A DNA stretch of 64,000 nt from Lingula anatina (lineage: Eukaryota > Animalia > Brachiopoda): the NCBI GenBank assembly GCA_051362555.1, contig CM120641.1, positions 49,296,401-49,360,400 of the forward strand, given 5' to 3'. The first letter of the stretch is position 1. Each line of letters begins with the position of its first letter. A model generated the notes under the pieces. That model saw only the letters and a program-made list of their open reading frames with translations. It had not been told where the DNA came from and ran no database searches. Below, in pieces: positions 27,501 through 41,681 of the stretch. Made by a program: the position numbers and the translations under genes.

Positions 27501-30500
27501 GAAGGCCATTCATTACATGTACATAATGTAGAAAATGTACAGCTGCTGACGATTACTATTAATATGTTAATAGATAAAGCAAATTGGTTTGGGCTGTCAA
27601 GTGTAAGGGATGCCCCAGAGAGCTGTTAAAATGTCTGTCTGGCATACCTCTATCGAACGGGACGGCTGGAAATGATTCCACGGGGCAACCATCGTTCAAG
27701 TAGTCTGCATAGTAATATATACTTTCGACAGGAAGAGCTACATCAAACAGAAGGGTGCAGGCTAATTCACCTATGAAACCGTCGTTACTACCGCTCGTTC
27801 CAAACAGAATGGATGTTATATTCCTAAGGGTTGTTTCTTTCACACTGTCTACTTTGAACAGGTAGTTTCCTTTGAAGATGAAAAGTTGTTCATTTTCCCT
27901 ATCTAAAGCCAAACAAAGCAGATGCCATTCATCGTTAGTTGAAAAAAAGGCCAATTTATACGTGATTCCAGGCAGGTCTACTCTGACAGTCAAGGTGCCC
28001 GAGTTCTGACACACCCTCACCACCATAATACCACCATTGTCATCAGACAGGGACACCAGACGTCTAGTGTTACTATTTTCTGGTTTCATATGGATAAACA
28101 AAGTAAACGACGATATTTTGGTGGCTAAGTTCACAGAAGCCTTGGATTGAGAAAACAGCTGTAGTGCTGATAACGACATGTTGGACATCCCCTCAGTAAA
28201 GTATGCTTGTGATATCTGGAGGTTGTTTCCATGTCCTGTGATGTCGATGTTCATATCCCTTTCCATCAAGGACCAAACTGCCAATGGGTTTGGTAAACTG
28301 GGTGAATCTGGAATATTGAAAAAGAAGGATTTAAATTTGTTAAAATAATCATCGATATTGTGGAAAACGTGACAATGACTGTCGTGTGCAAAAATGGAAT
28401 GGATCCAAATCTATTTAAGAATCAAGGAAATGACCTTGGAAATCTACCTAGGAATAATGTCATTTCCCATTCCTCTGTGGTGAACTTGCTGCAAGACAGA
28501 ATTCTATGACGTAAATATTGAAATATGTGTCATATAGCTAGTTAAGTGCCTTACCCAGATAAGCAGGTGTCGTAATGTTCGTTATATTCATGATATGGAG
28601 CACTTCCAGCACCAGAGGGGGGTCCAGAGCCTTTCTGTAGAGGACCATATCATTCATCCAGCCTTGAAAATACGATGTCCTACTTTTACCTATGCTTATG
28701 TAGTCCACTCTGTCATACGCCATATCCACAGCGCCGAGAGCTTGAAGAGAACCATCGTCTGCATACATCTTTACTTGACCTTCATGGTATGTTATTACAA
28801 CGGCGACCCACGCCCCTGTTCCTTGATATGAACTTTCTACATAGCGTAAAGAGCCTGTTGAGGAAAGGAGTCGAAGTGACATAGAAATGGTTGAGTCTTC
28901 AAGCCGTTGTCCATATAATTGTATCACAGAATATCCGAGATATTTCATCTCAAACAATCCCCTAAGAAAGTTGACCTCCGGGCGAAATTTTAAATATATG
29001 GAAAAACTATGCGCACTTTCATTTATTGTAGATTCCAAGTAAGTTCCGCTAAAATATATGCTCCCCCGCTGATCTCCGTGGGCGTTCTCTCCTGGCTCAG
29101 CATTGTGGATATGTAATTTGTATCCATGTCCACTCACATCCTGCCAAGGATAATATCCATTAAGAGGCCAAAAGGCACTTGGCGGAGGCATGTCTACAAT
29201 ATATAACAATGAATACACACAGTTATCTATTATATAACTACCTGGGATGGTAGGTATGATATTTTATATATACGTCGTGGTTGGGCTTGGAACTGAGTTC
29301 TCTAGGGAATCTAAGTCGACAATCTGCCTTTGCTTATTTTAAGTGTTAACCGCCCAAAATGCTTTTTGCAGGAATTTTTTTAGGGAATTTTAGCGTTTAG
29401 TCTTCAGTTTAAGTCCTTACAATTAGTCCTAATAGTCTTAACACTGGATTTTACTAACAGAGGACTATCTTGCCACGGTGACTGCATCTAAGGTTGGCCA
29501 GGCGTTCAAAAACGCTTAAAAACGTCAGTTTAAATGAGCTATCCGAGTACGCTATTATATTTGTTAAAGAAATTTATATATATATATTTTTATAATAAGA
29601 ATAAACTATCAGTTTCAAGTTTTGTGTCAACATTTTGAAAAAGATTCCTTTACATGATTAAAATTATCAAAAACGAGAGTATTTTGTTTTTTTTTTCCAA
29701 TTAATTACCAATTAATAACGAAATAAATATTTTTAAAATTAATTTTGTCAGTTAAAGGATAAGGAAAAAACACCTTCTGTTGTACATGACATTACAATTG
29801 ACCAAAGGGTAGAAACCTGACACAAATTGCAGGTAAAAAAGTTAATGTTTTGCCCAGCGCTGCCCAAATAAGTATGAAATTTTAAATTGTCAAGGTAGGC
29901 TGAGATAATCTGACCTTGCTTAGAGCAAGTATTACCGGTCAAGACAAGGCCAATACCAATATCCATCCAGTTTCAGACAACAATATATTGCCAACAAAAA
30001 TGAAAGGCATGACCAATGTTCCTTTGCAAATTCATACATGTTTGAAAGCCAAAGAACCTCTTTTCGTTTATATATGGCTTTTTAAAAATCGCTTTTCCCA
30101 AATATGATATTTAGGATGTGGTAAAATTACCCTCAGCTGATCTCACGGCCCCACTAACATGCTGTACAAAATAACAACATTTTTGTAACAGACTACTAGT
30201 GCATGCTGTGGTCAGAAAGCAGGGTAATATAAGTGTGTACAGTGTGAACATGTGAGTTACATGTTTAGTTTGAAAGGCTTAGGAAATTAATATTGATTAG
30301 AAATACATGACAAATGTATCTTCTAAATTAATATAACTAGATGAGGGGAAAATTAGCATGTATGTGTGTGCATGTCATTTTGCCGCACTTAACTGGGGCT
30401 AAGAAATACTTGCACTTAATCAACACCGATATATGAATCTGATGTTGACTATCAAATATTGTCTCAGTCTCAACTTTGATGGGACCTGGTGCCATTTCGA

Positions 30501-33500
30501 CCCGGTGTAAACTGCTGCATAGCCAGTCTTTCCTTAATGCACTACCAATACATAAATAAAGTTTTAAATTGGAAAGACTTAAGTCATACAGATAAATTTT
30601 GATCGGCGTTTAGAATATGTCGATTGGTACACGTACTGGTTCTTATAGCAAAGAATGCTGTTGCACGTAGACCTACATAACATAAGGACGCCTACCTTTA
30701 CCTTATGAAATAACATATCATAGATAATACATGGGATTGTTCGTGAAATAAACCATAAAAATGACAAAAAACGATTAATATACCTTGATCGTAACGTAGT
30801 TTGACGTTTACCAAGAGGTGCTGGCAGCCGGTTGCGTTCATTTGTGAGGAAAGTCTCCATAATTTCTCTAACGATAAAGCTTCTCTGTATAACTGCAGAC
30901 AAGACAGTGCCCCGCTGAATATGCCCCAGTTCCCGGTGCGGAACAATAACAGCGCATTTTCAACTGAAAAGCTGCTCCGGTAGTCTGCCACGATAAGATG
31001 GTTGCCCTCGTGGACGTACAGTTGCTGTCGGTCAGCATCATAAATGATGAAGAGATAAAACCAGCTTCTATTAGCATTGACTGCCAGATCTCCGATTATC
31101 ACGCCCGGATACAGGTACACGTTCACCGTCAAACGTTCACCGTCATATTTCACCCCAACCCTAAAACTGTTCTCCACCCCAATCATTCCAGTCGTGGCTA
31201 TGGGGCCAATCATGTTGAACGGAACACACAAAGTAAACGAAGTCAGGTTATATTTCGCCATGCTGTGTACTTCACCCAGACCAGAGCTAGTCGATGTAGG
31301 GAGCAAAGCTGCGTCCCGTGTATTCCCTGGTCCAGTGGTAGGGACCACACCACCTAACAACATAGCACCCTCTTCCACAGACATACTCATTACGTCCACA
31401 TTAGGGTACTCAGAACTAAGAGGCCAAACTGCCAGCGGTACTGGAAACACTGAAAAAATGATTAAATAAATATCTGATATTTAGATAATATTAAATAAGG
31501 GGCAACTACAGGTGTCAATACATGTAAGCTCAATCTATGTACAGGGTACGAAAAGAACTTGGGGTTTAAATAGCAATACTTCTTACAGTGCATTTAAATT
31601 CGGAAATGGTTAAGCACAAAATAAGTCATTTTGTCTGTTTTGACCTGTATTTAAGTAATATTCATCAGTCTTGTAAGTTTTAAGACAATAGGTTAAAGAG
31701 TTTCTCTCCAAATTTGTTATCTGTGTTGCATATTTGCTTAAAAAAAAAAACAAAAAAAACAGCCACATGTATTGAGAAATGATCCGAACAAACTCGGCCT
31801 ATATTTTATGAATATTCATCAGTTCTGAAATTTTGAAGACAACAGCTGTGTCTGTACATAAAATGTAATAGCCAGACAGTAACAGTAATGAGAGAGAGAG
31901 AAGGGGGAGAGAGAGCGTGCTATCAACAACAACGCTATGATAAAAGGCACTTTTAATATATGGAACTACGGACCTCGAATTTTGTTCACTACTGTTCAGT
32001 TCACAAATATTATCTCCAGACTTGTTAATTAATTTGATTGGAGTCGCTTGCTTGTGCACTCGACTCGTTTTATGGCCTTGCCTGTAATTATGTAACGTAA
32101 GTGGACGTGTGCAATTTGCGTAATTAAAATGATTGAACACCGCCAAATAATGCAGCGCAGAATCCACCATTGATAAGTAATACGTATAAAAGACGTTCAG
32201 AATTAATATCAGGGTTTCAGACTGAGAGACTCGAAGGAGACCGCTCGACAGAGCCATGTCTGAGATGACTTAAAAGTTGGAGACTTCACGTAGATGTTGT
32301 AGTTAGAGAGCGTCAACCAATAAACCATTAAACTGGTCATTATGTGGACTTGGGTTTTCTTTGAGCGACTTAACGTAAAGCTGACACGAACCGTGGAATC
32401 TTTGGATTGCGTTATCCACTAAGTTAGTCTAAATCGTAATGTCCTATTTCGAGCCCACGCTTGAATAAAGGGGTTCAAAATTATATTAGTTTAAGACATT
32501 CATTCGTCATATGTATATGAATAGGTTCATTACACTACCCTGTAGATTTACTCACCTGGATCTTGTGCAGGAATAGTTGTGTTCCATGATTGCAATGTAC
32601 AGAGACCTTCAGATATCCAATTGACAGTTTGCTTAATCTGCAGATCTATAAGTGACATGTTAAACAGGTGCACACATGCCACTGACATGGTTCCATATCC
32701 AATATTGAAAGTGTGAATGGGGCGTGTAGTCAGAGGGGCGGGCGGCAGGATGCTACCTAGAACTGTGTCGTTCTCGAAAACGACCAATTGGTTAGAGACA
32801 CTGTTGTAGGATAGTGAAAAGTACAACCATCGGCTTTCACCAACATCAAAAGTGTCTACTATCTTCCTGACGCCTGAGTGAAAAACAAAAAATGTGCACT
32901 GATCGGAGGCGTTCTCAACTACAATCATTTTAACGTCCATTTTGATGACGGTTTCCTGCTCACCATCTTCCAGAGTAAATAATGTCATATAGGACTGACT
33001 GGTTAGATAGACAGGTACAATGACTGTAAACGATGCCAACTGAAAATCCGATATATTAGCCGTAGTTCGTGAACTAGATTTGAACGAAAACGCCCCCCTC
33101 TCCTCGCCACGGACTCCCTCGGTCAAAGTGATGTAATGAAGTGTCAGCGGAATGTCAATGTCAGTGACACTATGGTAGAGGTAAACACTGTTCATAGGCC
33201 ACAGTCCAATAGGTTGATGTATATCTGAAATACACATTCCATTACAGCGATTATCTATCAACTGCGGTGATTATGGCCAAATCTATCTTATATTTAAATG
33301 CTTTTTGAAACATTCTTCTTTGGGCTTTAGTACATAAACATTAAAGGGATAATAACTCTTTGCATGAGATCTATATTTACCTCCGCCAAGGAGGCTATGT
33401 TTTCACCCCTGTTTGTTTGTTTTTTTTTTGTTTGTTGATCTGTCTGTCTGTCTGTCTGTCATCAACATAACTCAAAAAGTTATGGACCGATTTTGATGAA

Positions 33501-36500
33501 ATTTACAGGAACTGTCAGAAGTGGGCCAAGAAACATACTTAGTTTTTGGTGGTGATCCGGATCAATAATCAATCAATAATAAATAATAAAAAAACTTAAT
33601 CATTAAAGAATGAAAATTTAGGGGTGAAACGGCATTGGGTAGAGACTTTGCTGCCTTGGCGGAGGTCTGTGCTCTCGGAGTGCTTTTCTTGTTCACAATA
33701 AAAACATTTTGAACAACTCATAGAAATATAATATATTCTGTTTTACCACAAAAACGACAGTTATAACTATTATTCTGATATCTGAGCTTTTCTTTAGACC
33801 ACGTGACCTCCATTGATGGCTATACTCTGTTAAAACTTTTTTAGTTAAAGTTGTAGATCTACCTGAGGTGGAATGTTAAGATCAACATCACTGGGGGCCT
33901 TCACCAGACTAATGTGTTATACATGTAGTGAACGTTGTAGATCTAACTGAGATGGAATTTTAAAATCAACATCATCAGGGGCCTTCACCAGACCGATGTG
34001 TTATTGTGAACGTTGTAGATCTAACTGAGATGGAATGTTAAGATCAACATAATCAGGGGCCTTCACCAGACTGATGTGTTATAGTGAACGTTGTAGATCT
34101 TACTGAGATGGAATGTTAAGATCAACATCATGAGGGGCCTTCACCAGACTGATGTGTTATAGTGAACGTTGTAGATCTAACTGAGATGGAATGTTAAGAT
34201 CAACATCATCAGGGACCTTCACCAGACTGATGTGTTATTGTGAACGTTGTAGATCTAACTGAGATGGGATGTTAAGATCAACATCATCAGGGGCCTTCAC
34301 CAGACTGATGTGTTATAGTGAACGTTGTAGATCTAACTGAGATGGAATGTTAAGATCAACATCATCAGGGGCCTTCACCAGACTGATGTGTTATTGTGAA
34401 CGTTGTAGATCTAACTGAGATGGAATGTTAAGATCAACATCATCAGGGACCTTCACCAGACTGATGTGTTATTGTGAACGTTGTAGATCTAACTGAGATG
34501 GGATGTTAAGATCAACATCATCAGGGGCCTTCACCAGACTGATGTGTTATAGTGAACGTTGTAGATCTAACTGAGATGGAATGTTAAGATCAACATCATC
34601 AGGGGCCTTCACCAGACTGATGTGTTATTGTGAACGTTGTAGATCTAACTGAGATGGAATGTTAAGATCAACATCATCAGGGACCTTCACCAGACTGATG
34701 TGTTATTGTGAACGTTGTAGATCTAACTGAGATGGGATGTTAAGATCAACATAATCAGGGGCCTTCACCAGACTGATGTGTTATAGTGAACGCTGTAGAT
34801 CTAACTGAGATGGAATGTTAAGATCAACATCATGAGGGGCCTTCACCAGACTGATGTGTTATAGTGAACGCTGTAGATCTAACTGAGATGGAATGTTAAG
34901 ATCAACATAATTAGGAGCCTTCACCAGACTGATGTGTTATAGTGAACGCTGTAGATCTAACTGAGATGGAATGTTAAGATCAACATCATCAGGGGCCTTC
35001 ACCAGACTGATGTGTTATAGTGAACGCTGTAGATCTAACTGAGATGGAATGTTAAGATCAACATAATTAGGAGCCTGTGTTATAGTGAACGCTGTAGATC
35101 TCACTGAAATGGAATGTTAAGATCAACATCATGAGGGGCCTTCACCAGACTGATGTGTTATAGTGAACGCTGTAGATCTAAGTGACATGGAATGGTAAGA
35201 TCAACATCATCAGGGGCCTTCATCAGACTGATGTGTTAAAGTGAACGTTGTAGATCTAACTGAGGTGGAATGTTAAGCACTTTTTGGGAAAATGAAAGAA
35301 ACCATTAAATCAGACCTATTTTGATGAAATGTTAATTTTTGTTTTCTTAATGTATACTTATGCTTTGAAATCTAAAAAACACTATGCATTTGTTTTTCAG
35401 GAGGTTTTCTAGAAAGAAGGTTGGGTGTTTTAGTAATGTTTTTGACGAGAGCAAAGTTTTCTAGCAAGTATTAACAAGCATTTGTATTCATACTGGTTAT
35501 GAAATTTTACCTACCGTGACTTGGGACTGACAAATTTCCAAACATAGCAATGGGGCAGTTTGACTCCATGATTTCAATAAATGTGCGCGCATTTTCTATA
35601 TTGAATCCTTCGTCAAATATACAAAGACAGGAAAGTTTCCCGGAAAACCCGTTTAACTCATGTGCGAGCCCTAGTGTTATATTGTATATGTATGGGAAAG
35701 CATCAGGTTCAAAATAATGAATACGTCCAAGACTCATCCCGTTGAATATGTATACTTGTCCCGAATTACTGTCAAAAACTATGCCAATGAGGTGCCACTC
35801 GACTGGTGTATTAAAAACTCCATTTAAGACCAGTTCTTCAAATTGTAATGTTACTTCTAAAATTCCATTTCTATATTTGATAATGACAACAATAACCCCT
35901 TCAGTCGAAGACAGATGCATCACTCTGCCCCAGTTACCGGAGTCCATGGCGATGTAAAAATAGACTGCAAAGCTGGGGCCATGTTCGTTTAGCCGTAGGA
36001 TACCCGTGGAAGTTGACGCCAGAAAGCCAAGCGCCTCCATAGCATAATGGGGGGGTCCAGAGACCAAATCCACGTTGTATATTTCTATTGCTTGTTCACG
36101 TCCCGTGATATCTTCATTTAGGTAGTCGAAATCTAACGGATACACGGCAATGGGATAGGGCACACCTGAAACGGATACATGGATAACTTGGTATTCTATA
36201 TTTATGTTGCAACAAATGATAATTTATGGGCTATGGTGCATCTGTATTGGGTACATTTGTACATTGTAATTTAATAATGGAATAGGGACAATAACGCCAT
36301 TTCACACAAGGCCAATCATTACATGTAGATAATGTAGAAAATGTACAGTTGCTGACGATTACTATAAATATGTTCATAGATAAATAAGTTTGAGCTGTCT
36401 AGTGTAAGGGATGCCCCAGAAAACTGTTAAGATGTCTGTCTGACATACCTCTATCGAACGGGACGGCTGGAAAAGATTCCACGGGGCAACCCTCGTTCAA

Positions 36501-39500
36501 GTAGTCTGCATAGTAATATATACTTTCGACAGGAAGAGCTACATCAAACAGAAGGATGCAGGCTAATTCACCTATGAAACCGTCGTTACTACCGCTCGTT
36601 CCAAATAGAATTGACGTTATATTCCCGAGGATTGTTTCTTTCACACTGTCTACCTTGAACAGGTAGTTTCCTTTGAAGATGAACAGTTGTTCACTATCCC
36701 TATCTAAAGCCAAACAAAGCAGATGCCATTCATCGTTAGTTGAAAAAAAGGCCCATTTAGACGTAATTCCAGGCAGGTCTACTCTGACAGTCAAGGTGCC
36801 CGAGTTCTGACGCACCCGGACCACCATAGTGCCACCACTGTCATCAGACAGGGACACCAGACGTCTAAGGTCACTATTTTCTGGTTTCATATGGATAAAC
36901 AAAGTAAACGACGATATTTTGGTGGCTAAGTTCACAGAAGCCTTGGATTGAGAAAACAGCTGTAGTGCTGATAACGACATGTTGGACATCACCTCAGTAA
37001 AGTATGCTTGTGATATCTGGAGGTTGTTTCCATGTCCTGTGATGTCGATGTTCATATCCCTTTCCATCAAGGACCAAACTGCCAATGGGTTTGGTAAACT
37101 GGGTGAATCTGGAATATTGAAAAAGAAGGCTTTAAATTCCTGTCAAAATAATCATCGATATTGTGGAAAACGTAACAATGACTGTCGTGTGCAAAAATGG
37201 AATGGATCCAAATCTATTTAAGAATCAAGGAAATGACCTTGGAAATCTACCTAGGAATAATGTCATTTCCCATTCCTCTGTGGTGAACTTGCTGCAAGAC
37301 AGAATTCTATGACGTAAATATTGAAATATGTGTCATATAGCTAGTTAAGTGCCTTACCCAGATAAGCAGGTGTCGTAATGTTCGTTATATTCATGATATG
37401 GAGCACTTCCAGCACCAGAGGGGGGTCCAGAGCCTTTCTGTAGAGGACCATATCATTCATCCAGCCTTGAAAATACGATGTCCTACTTTTACCTATGCTT
37501 ATGTAGTCCACTCTGTCATACGCCATATCCACAGCGCCGAGAGCTTGAAGAGAACCATCGTCTGCATACATCTTTACTTGACCTTCATGGTATGTTATTA
37601 CAACGGCGACCCACGCCCCTGTTCCTTGATATGAACTTTCTACATAGCGTAAAGAGCCTGTTGAGGAAAGGAGTCGAAGTGACATAGAAATGGTTGAGTC
37701 TTCAAGCCGTTGTCCATATAATTGTATCACAGAATATCCGAGATATTTCATCTCAAACAATCCCCTAAGAAAGTTGACCTCCGGGCGAAATTTTAAATAT
37801 ATGGAAAAACTATGCGCACTTTCATTTATTGTAGATTCCAAGTAAGTTCCGCTAAAATATATGCTCCCCCGCTGATCTCCGTGGGCGTTCTCTCCTGGCT
37901 CAGCATTGTGGATATGTAATTTGTATCCATGTCCACTCACATCCTGCCAAGGATAATATCCATTAAGAGGCCAAAAGGCACTTGGCGGAGGCATGTCTAC
38001 AATATATAACAATGAATACACACAGTTATCTATTATATAACTACCTGGGATGGTAGGTATGATATTTTATATATACGTCGTGGTTGGGCTTGGAACTGAG
38101 TTCTCTAGGGAATCTAAGTCGACAATCTGCCTTTGCTTATTTTAAGTGTTAACCGCCCAAAATGCTTTTTGCAGGAATTTTTTTAGGGAATTTTAGCGTT
38201 TAGTCTTCAGTTTAAGTCCTTACAATTAGTCCTAATAGTCTTAACACTGGATTTTACTAACAGAGGACTATCTTGCCACGGTGACTGCATCTAAGGTTGG
38301 CCAGGCGTTCAAAAACGCTTAAAAACGTCAGTTTAAATGAGCTATCCGAGTACGCTATTATATTTGTTAAAGAAATTTATATATATATATATTTTTATAA
38401 TAAGAATAAACTATCAGTTTCAAGTTTTGTGTCAACATTTTGAAAAAGATTCCTTTACATGATTAAAATTATCAAAAACGAGAGTATTTTGTTTTTTTTT
38501 TCCAATTAATTACCAATTAATAACGAAATAAATATTTTTAAAATTAATTTTGTCAGTTAAAGGATAAGGAAAAAACACCTTCTGTTGTACATGACATTAC
38601 AATTGACCAAAGGGTAGAAACCTGACACAAATTGCAGGTAAAAAAGTTAATGTCTTGCCCAGCGCTGCCCAAATAAGTATGAAATTTTAAATTGTCAAGG
38701 TAGGCTGAGATAATCTGACCTTGCTTAGAGCAAGTATTACCGGTCAAGACAAGGCCAATACCAATATCCATCCAGTTTCAGACAACAATATATTGCCAAC
38801 AAAAATGAAAGGCATGACCAATGTTCCTTTGCAAATTCATACATGTTTGAAAGCCAAAGAACCTCTTTTCGTTTATATATGGCTTTTTAAAAATCGCTTT
38901 TCCCAAATATGATATTTAGGATGTGGTAAAATTACCCTCAGCTGATCTCACGGCCCCACTAACATGCTGTACAAAATAACAACATTTTTGTAACAGACTA
39001 CTAGTGCATGCTGTGGTCAGAAAGCAGGGTAATATAAGTGTGTACAGTGTGAACATGTGAGTTACATGTTTAGTTTGAAAGGCTTAGGAAATTAATATTG
39101 ATTAGAAATACATGACAAATGTATCTTCTAAATTAATATAACTAGATGAGGGGAAAATAGCATGTATGTGTGTGCATGTCATCTTGCCGCACTTAACTGG
39201 GGCTAAGAAATACTTGCACTTAATCAACACCGATATATGAATCTGATGTTGACTATCAAATATTGTCTCAGTCTCAACTTTGATGGGACCTGGTGCCATT
39301 TCGACCCGGTGTAAACTGCTGCATAGCCAGTCTTTCCTTAATGCACTACCAATACATAAATAAAGTTTTAAATTGGAAAGACTTAAGTCATACAGATAAA
39401 TTTTGATCGGCGTTTAGAATATGTCGATTGGTACACGTACTGGTTCTTATAGCAAAGAATGCTGTTGCACGTAGACCTACATAACATAAGGACGCCTACC

Positions 39501-41643
39501 TTTACCTTATGAAATAACATATCATAGATAATACATGGGATTGTTCGTGAAATAAACCATAAAAATGACAAAAAACGATTAATATACCTTGATCGTAACG
39601 TAGTTTGACGTTTACCAAGAGGTGCTGGCAGCCGGTTGCGTTCATTTGTGAGGAAAGTCTCCATAATTTCTCTAACGATAAAGCTTCTCTGTATAACTGC
39701 AGACAAGACAGTGCCCCGCTGAATATGCCCCAGTTCCCGGTGCGGAACAATAACAGCGCATTTTCAACTGAAAAGCTGCTCCGGTAGTCTGCCACGATAA
39801 GATGGTTGCCCTCGTGGACGTACAGTTGCTGTCGGTCAGCATCATAAATGATGAAGAGATAAAACCAGCTTCTATTAGCATTGACTGCCAGATCTCCGAT
39901 TATCACGCCCGGATACAGGTACACGTTCACCGTCAAACGTTCACCGTCATATTTCACCCCAACCCTAAAACTGTTCTCCACCCCAATCATTCCAGTCGTG
40001 GCTATGGGGCCAATCATGTTGAACGGAACACACAAAGTAAACGAAGTCAGGTTATATTTCGCCATGCTGTGTACTTCACCCAGACCAGAGCTAGTCGATG
40101 TAGGGAGCATAGCTGCGTCCCGTGTATTCCCTGGTCCAGTGGTAGGGACCACACCACCTAACAACATAGCACCCTCTTCCACAGACATACTCATTACGTC
40201 CACATTAGGGTACTCAGAACTAAGAGGCCAAACTGCTAGCGGTACTGGAAACACTGAAAAATGATTAAATAAATATCTGATGTTGAGATAACATTAAACT
40301 AGGGGCTACTACAGGTGTCAATACATGTAAGCTCAATCTTTGTATAGGGTACGGAATGAACTTGGAGTTGAAAGATGCATTTACATCTTACACATTTATT
40401 TCTTGGCAGAGGAGAGGAAAACATGTATTAAATGGTATCACCAAAATTTTTCATGCCAACACGATAATAGATTTAGGTAATTAAGGGCTCTCTGTGAACG
40501 ACACGAAACTGTTAGTATTTATTTGGATTAACTGCAATATGGTATCGGGACATTTTAATCTTACTGAAATTTAAAGCAAAAATTCATTATTATTAATTTT
40601 ATGCAGTTTCAAGTATATATTTTATGTTTATGAAGTCACGACTATTAATGTTCATCATCCGAGATAGCAAAAATTCATTATTATTATTATATGCAGTTTC
40701 AAGTATATATTTTATGTTTATGAAGTCACGACTATTAATGTTCATCATCCGAGATAGCAAAAATTCATTATTATTATTATATGCAGTTTCAAGTATATAT
40801 TTTATGTTTATGAAGTCACGACTATTAATGTTCATCATCCGAGATAGCCCAAAGTCTTGCAGAGTAAAATTAACAGATTTCGCTGGATTAAGAGGAGTCT
40901 AGGAGGGTCTAGCAACAATGGCAGACTAGCGAGTGACAAATGCGACAAACTTAATCTGACAGTGTCTATCAAAGGATATTGTCATAGCTATTTAATTTAA
41001 TGTTCTGTAAACTATGACAGTCTTTTGCACAACTGTATGCCTTCGCCATGTTTTGTGCGTTGCTTTTGTGTTGCATTTTAAGACGAAATGCCTGGCTTAT
41101 TGTCTTTTATCTTGTTGTGCTTTCATTCTAAATACTGGGGTTAAAATTAAATTCTTTATTTTATTAAAAAAATGCCCAAAACCGATTTCTTATAATATCT
41201 TCATAGGTCGTTCAAATTCAAGTATATAAGCACAGCAAGTATTATGCAGTACAATGTAACTAAGAAGCAGTAATACTTTATAAGGTCGCAAAGGTGTCAA
41301 ATGTACAGACAAAAGGCAGGAAATAATGATGCACAAAATAATCAATTTAATCAGTTTTGACGAAATATTACATAATACTGTTTTCGAACTGGACCTTATT
41401 AAAGTAATATTCATTAGTCTTGTAAGGTTTAAGACAACAGGTCAAAGAGTTTCCCTCCATATCTGTGTTGCAAATTTGATTAAAAAAAAAAAATAGCTTC
41501 ATGTACATGTCTTGAGAAATGATCCAGTCAAACTGATTTTCCAACTCGTCCTAAATTTTATGAATATTCATCAGTTCTGAAATTTGAAGACAACAGCTGT
41601 GTCTGTACATAAAAAATAATAGTCAGACAGTAATTATATAACA

Positions 41644-41681
<38 letters not shown>

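Noticed and set aside
28595-40264. Duplicated small ORFs antisense to or overlapping exons B and C and the B-C intron
   Set aside because: They recur only because of the cassette duplication and have no independent coding features.
40599-40902. Repetitive 79-aa and 92-aa ORFs
   Set aside because: By-products of a 90-bp intronic tandem repeat.
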